Below, one piece after another: positions 10,301 through 17,037 of a DNA stretch of 18,156 bases (position 1 is the first letter of the stretch; each line of letters opens with the position of its first letter). A program made the position numbers and the translations under genes. Source of the stretch: an uncultured archaeon (GTDB lineage: Archaea > Asgardarchaeota > Heimdallarchaeia > Heimdallarchaeales > Heimdallarchaeaceae); the NCBI GenBank assembly GCA_964534625.1, contig CAZHRF010000026.1, positions 3,013-21,168 on the forward strand. The letters run 5' to 3'. The notes below the pieces were generated by a model, which saw only the letters and a program-made list of their open reading frames with translations, was not told the origin of the DNA and did no database searches.

Positions 10301-10472
10301 GATTTCAATTGGTGAAGAAGTATCTGGCAACTGGCAACTAAGCTATGATATGAAATTAATTTTTTACAAAGAGATATCTGATAAAATAAAAGACATGCTC
10401 ATGCAAAAAATTGGTGACCAATATGTCTATGAGATTATTATTCCTATCAATAATAAGCAAAATGAATGTTAG
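7380..10472 (+). CDS. Large hypothetical protein (1030 aa; true start may be the second Met, MVERYP)
   Basis: 3.1-kb uninterrupted ORF with the same codon style as other + strand genes. No recognisable catalytic motif, transmembrane segment or repeat. Confidence 0.85.
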   Translation: MFLLQERDLFMVERYPIPDDLRQYIKKYEEDAYGKVVRYLTSSFGLTRGKAQEPANQIINQVLTEDQPSSSESSAKSDSNTDTHVYLSKEHIISHLLETERFANFDYDFFDIFVDIYTKANQEQPGLGKEEITAIIYRKCLFNHTLRDLVPEDENLRSLIPKIVAEIQHLFTLSQKTHQEIDLKPRNISFLERYILTNVGKIYPDNSFFFNILLHQIQTNEPFFPSLLLAMDSVLNHILTGDDRFDTLQQDIRQSGFGKAKNFFQAPAIFPIQQKASEKKANRGLLVSLESTIKSLLGEPNRSHSVLFKKKFLLGSIITALIAQKINLFLKEQNYEIKGTLDNQIHRATAHSFLDLLDLSEDLKKHSLLEPFGDTLSTFIHLFNYKSVSGKHIFGERSTTDLSEREISMELERLSSNNSYWQKLLVLLKRVSDRDSRFYSFLCTLLYGIIPDMYSKPPNTLEFYNLENIDHFIEELIAYKNLNRYDGLGFITLQDTINQLDVSHILYFSPSQNTLFKLNKQQIFKYIEEQQHTSKTRLETIIGDLFLYVFDKQDEYVQIDTEKTETIPLDAFYRIISEDIKTQHPTICNIFLFNNQFHYISTLEFFDFLIRFISGETFIERELEVKYNDIEDIIQKPLIITLENMLGYLPVFKDRFQDFFTISAFFMVGETIELTHPEILSKFGGSCFADIIRNYSFYPGMGFLRISVIGKDDEASYLPLNLLMMSYGFEQLFSQKTTEGRMVVEFGQADKWSLPINVDEAVINKIQVPSLIEIIKQYSTRRSKRHVQSDIHALELGKFSQYFREFITGNNVLDINNDSSIIGLMPEYPLYLLKAFKSNCSYSFDKINLTEFSEIIKHAFITTSPSTNHKTEFKLLKSELEQFYTVKTEVEWDNLSSPLKKICESNIEGKHTTSKLLHFLDSLNAHSKYDETIYHLQKLNNVTKDIEIQVESNKLIFYTKMTLDDVQKRLLESQISIGEEVSGNWQLSYDMKLIFYKEISDKIKDMLMQKIGDQYVYEIIIPINNKQNEC

Positions 10473-10533
10473 CTATTTCATATATTAGTGATGTGTCAAT
10501 TTTTCGACAATTTTTGCTTAATTGATACCAAAC

Positions 10534-11079
10534 TCACACTATTTTTACCTTGAACGAATTGTTAAAGGCAGATTTAAGCACTTTACTATTCTTAAAATCA
10601 TTGTCACATGTTAGAAGAACATCACAATGAAAATTATTGCAGGCTATCAGATGCAAAATATCAAGTAATCCCATATATTTGACAGTAATATAGCCAGCTT
10701 TGTTTCTTTTACTAAATTTAATGCAATTGATAATGCTTTGAATTTTGACTATATCTGAATCATTGCAAAGCACTTTAGATTTTGATTTTACATCATACAA
10801 CTTTTTCAAAATAAACAGATGTTCTTTCACTTGTTCCATTATTTCCTCTCTTTTTTCTGGTGTCAAAGTGGTTTCCGCGGTGTTTTCTAAAATATAGTCG
10901 AGTGTTGCATATTTCAAGCACAAAATAATATACTCATACTCAACAAATTTTGATATGTATAATTCTTGTTTTCTAGTTAGCAAATCATCAATAAATCGTT
11001 TAACTTTTTGATGATGATAATCATTATCATTGAAGTATGCATAAATAATACAAGTATCCATGAAATACTTCTGAGGCAT
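10534..11079 (-). CDS. PIN-domain ribonuclease (VapC-like toxin)
   Basis: YFMDTCII, FVEYE, LLDILHL and LLTCDNDF supply the conserved acidic PIN active-site residues. AGGTG RBS overlaps the upstream stop codon. Confidence 0.88.
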   Translation of the reverse strand: MPQKYFMDTCIIYAYFNDNDYHHQKVKRFIDDLLTRKQELYISKFVEYEYIILCLKYATLDYILENTAETTLTPEKREEIMEQVKEHLFILKKLYDVKSKSKVLCNDSDIVKIQSIINCIKFSKRNKAGYITVKYMGLLDILHLIACNNFHCDVLLTCDNDFKNSKVLKSAFNNSFKVKIV

Positions 11080-11089
11080 ACTATTACAC

Positions 11090-11575
11090 CTAGTCGTTAA
11101 ATGACTGTTTTGATACTGATCCTATTTGTTTCATTCGTTCTTCTACAAATTTGATCTTATCTTCTATTGTCTCAAAACTTTTAGAATATATTTTTTCTAA
11201 TTTATTTGAAATACCTTGATTTGTTTGCTCTTTTATTTCTATTTCTTGTTTTAATGAATCATGGTCAATTTTTTGCAATGAAGTTGAAATTTTCTCGATT
11301 ATAGGAAGGGCTTTTTTTAAATAAATGGCAATTTCCTCAAGGTTATATGATATTTGTTTGATATTTTCAGCCAATTCGTATTTTTGAGAAGAATGTAAAT
11401 CCTTATAATCAATATCAGAAAATAAATCTTTATTTTTTATTGCTACAAGAAGCTCCCACAGATATTCTTTGTAGTTCATTTTTGACCATGAACTATCATA
11501 CATTCTTGATTTGTCTTCTAAATACTCTAAATCAGCATTGTTATAATCATCCTTATAATTATATTCAGCATTCAT
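11090..11575 (-). CDS. Hypothetical acidic/helical protein, candidate antitoxin
   Basis: Start moved to the ATG at 11575 (MNAEY; GAGGAG RBS upstream), overlapping the end of the upstream gene. Stops 10 nt before the PIN gene. Antitoxin role is inferred from position only. Confidence 0.7.
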   Translation of the reverse strand: MNAEYNYKDDYNNADLEYLEDKSRMYDSSWSKMNYKEYLWELLVAIKNKDLFSDIDYKDLHSSQKYELAENIKQISYNLEEIAIYLKKALPIIEKISTSLQKIDHDSLKQEIEIKEQTNQGISNKLEKIYSKSFETIEDKIKFVEERMKQIGSVSKQSFND

Positions 11576-12269
11576 TAATGGTCTTCTCCTCAATAAATAA
11601 TTCTGCTTCTTTAATTAAAGTGGGTAAAAAATCCCCCATATTAATTAAAGAATCTGTATTAAATCTCTTTTCATAGACATAACTAGTGTCTTGGAATACT
11701 ATTTGATACGAAGGTGCATTATCATATTCTTCCTCATTAGTTGGAATAAACTCCATAAATATTCTTTTCATGTTAACTGAGTAATTCGGGATTTTAATAT
11801 CCGTGACTATAAATTTGTTTTTTAATTCTTCAATGGTATTTGGTTTTAATTTAAATACTAATCCTATAAGATTTTTCATTTTTTTACCTAATTTAGGATT
11901 AACCGTTTTCAAAGCTGTATAAAGCGAAACTAGTGCTTGATCAATTTTTGGAACTATTTCTTGAATTTGGATTTCTTTTTGTTTTGGTATTGTACTTCGC
12001 TGACTTGGATAATCAACAGTAATCGAATCATTTTTTATCATAATAGAAAAATTATATGTTTTAGAATATAAATGCACTATTGGCATATCATTTAATATTT
12101 TGTATATGAATTCGTCAGATTTCACGTCTAACATTAAATTCTTTAGTACATCTAGAGAGAGTGATTCAACAAGAGAAACCATATTACTTATATCTTTAGC
12201 TCTTCTTTCATCCAAGATGTTTAATACTATTTTTACATGTAATTGGTCTATCTGATTAATTAAATCCAT
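11565..12269 (-). CDS. Hypothetical alpha/beta protein, loosely TIGR04255-like
   Basis: Start moved to the ATG at 12269 (MDLINQ; GGAG at 12282-12279). The pattern beta strands (VHLYSKTYNFSIMIKNDSITVDY) - long helix - IGLVF recalls TIGR04255 proteins, but the family call is weak. Confidence 0.65.
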   Translation of the reverse strand: MDLINQIDQLHVKIVLNILDERRAKDISNMVSLVESLSLDVLKNLMLDVKSDEFIYKILNDMPIVHLYSKTYNFSIMIKNDSITVDYPSQRSTIPKQKEIQIQEIVPKIDQALVSLYTALKTVNPKLGKKMKNLIGLVFKLKPNTIEELKNKFIVTDIKIPNYSVNMKRIFMEFIPTNEEEYDNAPSYQIVFQDTSYVYEKRFNTDSLINMGDFLPTLIKEAELFIEEKTINEC

Positions 12270-12299
12270 TATTTGAATCTCCAAGTAAAACTGGCTTAT

Positions 12300-12365
12300 G
12301 TACAATATTGAATTTGTACTATCATAACCATTTAATTAACAACTTCAAGGAAGACTTATAACTTT
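12300..12365 (-). promoter_or_regulatory. Putative BRE/TATA promoter and operator for the PIN operon
   Basis: Minus strand reads GAAAAAG-TTATAA around 12356-12368. GTACAA-N8-TTGTAC inverted repeat at 12300-12319 lies between it and the RBS. Confidence 0.4.
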
Positions 12366-12403
12366 TTCTCAATCGAAGCATTACCTCTTTTTGTTAGTGA
12401 TAC

Positions 12404-12641
12404 CATGAGTTTCAAGGTCAATTGTACAATGAATCCTCTTACGGGCGCTAAGGGCGTATTATTTAGCCTTGTCCGTATCACTTGTGCGCCTATCACCACA
12501 TGACCATTATGTCCTTTCGTTCCTGGAGTCTTCTCTTAGACTCCTTTGCGAAAGGTACATCGTGTTCCTCTTCGTCACGTCACCAGATGGGTGAAGTGCC
12601 ACATGTTTAGGAAAGTTCCTAAATCGCCCTAAAAACTCATG
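12404..12641. ncRNA. Candidate structured non-coding RNA or MITE-like element of unknown family
   Basis: 48% GC over 12441-12630 (92/190 counted) versus ~20-30% in the flanks. Nested inverted repeats and several hairpins; no long ORF. Confidence 0.5.
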
Positions 12642-12925
12642 AAAAACCTTTCAATAACCTCACAGAACTTAAAATGCGCATAATATAAGAACAATTCGAT
12701 GAACAATAATCAAGAAAAAAACCATATGTGACTCTTATTTTTCCTTTATAAAAGTTACAGGATCAAATTTTGGTTTATCCAAATCTTATGGAAATTCTTT
12801 CATATTAAGGGTTTGAATTTTTCAAGAAAAAATAAACCATTCAACTACATATGAACAATTAACGAATTAATCTTAATTAAAGAGCATGAATAACCAGAAT
12901 CAATGATAAAAAAAAGAAAGAAAAA

Positions 12926-13060
12926 CTCGCTGGTGACAAGTCACCTATCCCAAAGTAAGCTTTTTTGATCTCAAGAAAATAAAAAAGTTATAAAACCTCG
13001 CTGGTGACAAGTCACCTATCCCAAAGTAAGCTTTTTGATCTCAAGAAAATAAAAAAGTTA
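12926..13060. repeat. Two-copy tandem direct repeat (65/64-bp core, 71-bp period), each copy with a GGTGAC-AA-GTCACC palindrome
   Basis: 12926-12990 and 12997-13060 are identical except for T6 versus T5. Palindromes at 12932-12945 and 13003-13016. Confidence 0.95.
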
Positions 13061-13125
13061 CAAAAAGAGAAATAGTTTTCCGAGTTATATATTCTTTCTT
13101 TAATTCTTTTAAACTATTTACGTAT

Positions 13126-14061
13126 TTATTTCAAATTCACTACTACTGATTTGCCAATTTCACTTGTATGTTGCAGTGTTGGGCATCTAAATTGTAGTTC
13201 TTTCACCCATGTTATTAAATCTATAATTGGAAACTCTAAGGGTATTTCTAATTGTAGCTTAGCTATCCTTTTGTTTTCTGGATTTATTATAGCGAGATTG
13301 ACTATTTTGTTTTGTAACTTATTTGACATTATTGGCCCTTTTATTACTTGTTTTCTCATTAGTAGCCATATTGCAATGAGTAAACCTATACCGCCTAATA
13401 CACCTAAAAACCAACTGGGTAGTATAAAAGCAAGTATAATAAATATTAAACTTAGTATACCCAATCCTATGCCGTATGGTATAAAATTCTTGAGATTTAG
13501 TTTTTGCCTTGCCCAACCAGAGCTGTTTACATCAAACGTTATGCCCAATATATCTGTAAAGACGACAGGGAAATAGGTAATATTTGAATATATTTCATGT
13601 TTTACTTCATGTTCCGAAGTAATTCCGGCGGGTTTAGCTGTTCCTTGTGGTCTTTGAATTTCTTTGATTTTTGGTATTCTTGATTCATTTTTATCCAACA
13701 GTATTAAGCGATGATTGGTGATACTGCCTTCTAATCCATATCTAACTCCCTCTACATCATTGGTAGCCGTGTTTATTATTTTCATCTCTGTAATTGGTAG
13801 CGTCGGGATCGGGATTGTTTCTTCTCCTTTATACATCAACATTTCTTTTAGATTATCAACACGCTCAATATCTTTGAGTTCTCTCATCTTCACGTTTGTT
13901 TGCTGCTCGCAATCAAGTGATGATTCGATTAAGGCATTTTTATATGGAAGATGTGTTACTCTATTTAGCTGTTGTTGGATGTCCGAATGTTGGCGCAGAT
14001 AATTCTCTCGATGAGCTATTTCTTCTTCACTTCGATCAATTTTTGCTTTACTTCTCTCCAT
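13126..14061 (-). CDS. Membrane protein with two adjacent TM helices embedded in a PH/GRAM-like domain
   Basis: ORF track gives a TTG start at 14076; the ATG at 14061 (MERSK) is more likely. GSITNHRLILLD motif, TM hairpin FIPYGIGLG...IAIWLLM, terminal helix DLITWVKELQ. ORF is solid; fold is inference. Confidence 0.7.
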   Translation of the reverse strand: MERSKAKIDRSEEEIAHRENYLRQHSDIQQQLNRVTHLPYKNALIESSLDCEQQTNVKMRELKDIERVDNLKEMLMYKGEETIPIPTLPITEMKIINTATNDVEGVRYGLEGSITNHRLILLDKNESRIPKIKEIQRPQGTAKPAGITSEHEVKHEIYSNITYFPVVFTDILGITFDVNSSGWARQKLNLKNFIPYGIGLGILSLIFIILAFILPSWFLGVLGGIGLLIAIWLLMRKQVIKGPIMSNKLQNKIVNLAIINPENKRIAKLQLEIPLEFPIIDLITWVKELQFRCPTLQHTSEIGKSVVVNLK

Positions 14062-14083
14062 ATTCTTAACTTCCAATTGTTTA

Positions 14084-14130
14084 TGTCAATGATTCAATTG
14101 ACAATAAGTTAACCAATACTCATTTTATAT
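14084..14130 (-). promoter_or_regulatory. Putative TATA box and palindromic operator upstream of the PH-like gene
   Basis: TGTCAAT-N6-ATTGACA (14084-14103). ATATAAAA on the minus strand at 14130-14123. Confidence 0.4.
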
Positions 14131-14579
14131 GTTTTGTGTATTAGGCACATCCAAATAATAGTAAAGCAAATGCAGTTAGTTTCACTAGGTAGAATATCTT
14201 TTCATTAGATGCATATTCATTGTAATACGTGACATAGAACTTACAAAAATAACAAAAAACAAATACATTATGTGTATCATTCATGTTTTTCCCAACTACA
14301 ACTAAAACAACATAGAAGGCAAGAATATAGAGGGATGTGATCACCATCTATCAATAATTTTTTCTTGTAGAGATACTTTTTAATCACTTGAAATTGTGTG
14401 TAAGAGTTAATTTTATATGTGAAAATAACTTTTTATTATAAAGGAACTAAGGTCATATTTCTTTATTCCATAAAACAAAACTCAATCTATAAAACATGTT
14501 GAGGTAGAAAAAAACGATAAAAGTATCTTATAATTGTGCTGAAAAGTTCAATCTTTCTGTTAATGACACACACTATGCT

Positions 14580-15857
14580 ATGTCATTACCCAGTTTTGAC
14601 TCTTTTTCTTTAGCAGACACACTTGGTAACCACTTGTCTTTAATGTATACCTATCATTTGGGTCTTATTCGTAACCAACGTCTCATGTATAATTCTTTTA
14701 TTCCCCGGTTTCAAGCCCAGATTCTTAAAAATATTCTTTACGATCTTCCTTCTTGTTCTACGAATCAACAAGAGATGTCCACTCCTCATCTCCTTAAACT
14801 TCTAGTTAATCTTAAGCCCCAGTATACTTATCCTTACCTCGAAGAAAGTTCTTTTGAATATCCATATGATTCTTTTAATGATAGAGCCACCTTAGCCTTT
14901 TCTTTTGGTAAAGACAGTCTTCTTACGTTATTTTTAGCTCAAGAGTTACACATAGATGTTCAACCTGTTTATATTATCGAACACAGTATGCACTATGAAT
15001 ACAAGAACAAGATTAAATTAATCTCCCAATTCGAAAAAGAGCAAGGTCTAAAAACCCACATTGTTGATAATACACTTTCTCTTCTTCGTGATCCTAATCA
15101 TCTTCATTGTTCAGTTGATCAAGCTGAGTTGTCTTGGGCTACACAAAACACCCAATATTCTTTTCTCCTGCTTACCTATGCTCGTTTACATGGTTCATCT
15201 GAAATTTTATTTGGTAATGAATATACTACTAATACTGTATACATGAATCGAGATGGTTTTGAAGCCAGTCCCTGTTTTGATCAATCTTCTTTATGGACCA
15301 ATGAAATATCAGCTATGACGAAAGAATTTACCCACGATAAAGTTGGTGTTAGTTCGCTCATTGAACCTTTTACTGATATTATTGTCATGGCTACTCTAAC
15401 TCATCGTTATCCTGCTTCCATTAAATACATTATGTCTTGTTTCGGTGGAAATCAGGGTAAATGGTGTCACAATTGTTCTATTTGTACTAAAATGTTTTTA
15501 ATGTTAGTAGCGTCGGGTATTGACCCCAAATTAGCTGGATTTGAAAGAGACTTATTAACAAATCATAATGCTCACTTCTTTTCCATCTTTGGGGGTAGAA
15601 GTGAGTATCAATATCTAAATACAGATACTGCTTTTAATGAGCAACTTTTCATGTTTGAGTTGGCATATAAGAGAGGTAACAGAAGTGATCTTACTCTGAA
15701 AGCTCACGCATTATTCATTAAGGGAGGTTATGATTTCGATTCACTCTATAGTTTTTTCATTCCTTTCAAATCTCCCATAACCTTACAAAAACAAGATCAA
15801 ATCAATCAAATTAAAGAAATTCATCAAGAGATAGAAGACCATGTTTTCAAAATATAA
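14580..15857 (+). CDS. PP-loop (adenine nucleotide alpha-hydrolase) protein, MurL peptide-epimerase / QueC-like
   Basis: AFSFGKDS PP-loop; ILFGNE; SSLIEPFTD; SC-x7-WCHNCSIC Cys cluster followed by MFLML. This order and the protein length match MurL-like proteins (GGKDS...SNE...SLLRP...SC...WCGxCPKC) better than the shorter QueC. Confidence 0.7.
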   Translation: MSLPSFDSFSLADTLGNHLSLMYTYHLGLIRNQRLMYNSFIPRFQAQILKNILYDLPSCSTNQQEMSTPHLLKLLVNLKPQYTYPYLEESSFEYPYDSFNDRATLAFSFGKDSLLTLFLAQELHIDVQPVYIIEHSMHYEYKNKIKLISQFEKEQGLKTHIVDNTLSLLRDPNHLHCSVDQAELSWATQNTQYSFLLLTYARLHGSSEILFGNEYTTNTVYMNRDGFEASPCFDQSSLWTNEISAMTKEFTHDKVGVSSLIEPFTDIIVMATLTHRYPASIKYIMSCFGGNQGKWCHNCSICTKMFLMLVASGIDPKLAGFERDLLTNHNAHFFSIFGGRSEYQYLNTDTAFNEQLFMFELAYKRGNRSDLTLKAHALFIKGGYDFDSLYSFFIPFKSPITLQKQDQINQIKEIHQEIEDHVFKI

Positions 15858-15881
15858 AATACAAAAAGGATGGTATAGCCA

Positions 15882-16985
15882 GTGTTTGTAGACCCAGGAA
15901 ATACACCCTTAATTAAATCCAAACTACTTTCTAGTTTGTTTGCTATCCCTGATTTATACTATAAACTCGAAGGTTCTAACCCAACAGGTACTCACAAAGA
16001 TAGAATCGCTAATGGCATTTGTCGTTATGTTAAAAAGAAAGGTAAAGATACTGTTGCTGTTGCTACTTGTGGTAATTACGGTTTAGCAGTAGCTTATTAT
16101 GCTAAAGCTTACGACTTGAAATGTGAGGTTTATATTCCTGAAGGTTATCACAGCAAGAGGTTAATAGATATTGTTGGATTAGGAGCAAGCATTCATTTTA
16201 TCCCTGGCAAATATGAGCAAGTTGTTAAATATAGTGCAGAAATAAGCGCCAATAATAATTGGTTTAATGCCTCGCCTAATAGTAAAATTGTTCGAGCCAT
16301 ATCTGTTTTTCAGTATAGCAACATTTCAAAAGAACTCATGCAACAGATACCTGATGTAGATTTCATTGCTGTTCCTGTTAGTAATGGTACAACTTTTGCT
16401 GGTATTTATTATGGCTATTACAAAGAATTCAAAAAAGGTAATCTACCTCATCTGCCTGTTTTCATTGCTGTTTCTACTTCGCATGGCAACCCAATTATTT
16501 CTAGTTTAAATAAATCTATAAGTAAGATTGAAGTTTTGGATCCCTTTACTCTCAAAGAATCTCAAGTTAATGAACCTTTAATCAGTTACGAGCCTTTTGA
16601 TGGTCAAGAAGCGTTAGATATTCTCAACTCTACTAAAGGGTTTGCTTTCAAAGTTTCCGATAATCAAATGATTCATCTTTCTAAATTGCTCTATGATGTA
16701 GAAGGATTAAGTGTTCTTCCCGCCTCAGCTAGTTCACTTGGTGCTATTCAGTTATTAACTAAATCCAATCCTAGTTTGAGTAACAAACGCTTTGTTTGTG
16801 TTTTTACTGGTCGAGGGGGAGTTCAAACTCGTGTTTCAAACACTTCTAGAGTACTTTCTGCTATTTTTGAAGGTAGAAATAACATAAATGGTAAAGAAAC
16901 ATCAAAAAATGGTCAACTAACAAAAACTTCCAATGAAGAAGTAAGAACTGCTACGCCCCTATGGGAAAAAAAACTATTACTATAG
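15882..16985 (+). CDS. Fold-type II PLP-dependent enzyme, threonine-synthase-like
   Basis: GNTPL, KLEGSNPTGTHKDR (PLP lysine), ATCGNYG, VPVSNGTTFAG, EGLSVLPASA and VFTGR motifs; GTG start. Confidence 0.88.
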   Translation: MFVDPGNTPLIKSKLLSSLFAIPDLYYKLEGSNPTGTHKDRIANGICRYVKKKGKDTVAVATCGNYGLAVAYYAKAYDLKCEVYIPEGYHSKRLIDIVGLGASIHFIPGKYEQVVKYSAEISANNNWFNASPNSKIVRAISVFQYSNISKELMQQIPDVDFIAVPVSNGTTFAGIYYGYYKEFKKGNLPHLPVFIAVSTSHGNPIISSLNKSISKIEVLDPFTLKESQVNEPLISYEPFDGQEALDILNSTKGFAFKVSDNQMIHLSKLLYDVEGLSVLPASASSLGAIQLLTKSNPSLSNKRFVCVFTGRGGVQTRVSNTSRVLSAIFEGRNNINGKETSKNGQLTKTSNEEVRTATPLWEKKLLL

Positions 16986-17037
16986 AGATTAAAAAACACA
17001 TTCAATTAACAAATAAATATAATTAAAGAGGTTATTC

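Noticed and set aside
10461-11576. The 1030-aa and 234-aa proteins both end in NEC-stop
   Set aside because: Only a short nucleotide match with no wider similarity; treated as coincidence.
12484-12490. GTGCGCC as a group II intron 5' end
   Set aside because: No domain V or reverse-transcriptase ORF in the window; a 7-mer alone is not evidence.
12405-12503. 32-codon + strand ORF (MSFKVNCT...) with a GTGAT RBS-like motif
   Set aside because: Very short, atypical composition and overlaps the base-paired element; cannot be supported without expression data.
12404-12641. SRP RNA, RNase P, hammerhead, SECIS, retron msr-msd or integron attC identity
   Set aside because: Only superficial resemblance (e.g. 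CCAGGAACGAAAGG on the minus strand). Conserved cores and RYYYAAC/GTTRRRY ends are missing, there is no RT or integrase nearby, and no target-site duplication is visible.
12926-13060. CRISPR mini-array
   Set aside because: The whole 71-bp unit is duplicated, so there is no unique spacer; only two copies and no cas genes.
14141-14347. 68-aa hydrophobic minus-strand ORF
   Set aside because: No clear RBS or motif, and T-rich codons run against the pattern of real minus-strand genes here; may be spurious, though a small membrane protein is not excluded.
694-15246. Short ORFs nested in or antisense to long genes (694, 704, 3254, 4307, 4647, 6448, 7815, 7825, 8087, 11440, 13151, 13319, 13715, 15061)
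   Set aside because: Shadow frames of well-supported CDSs with no motifs.
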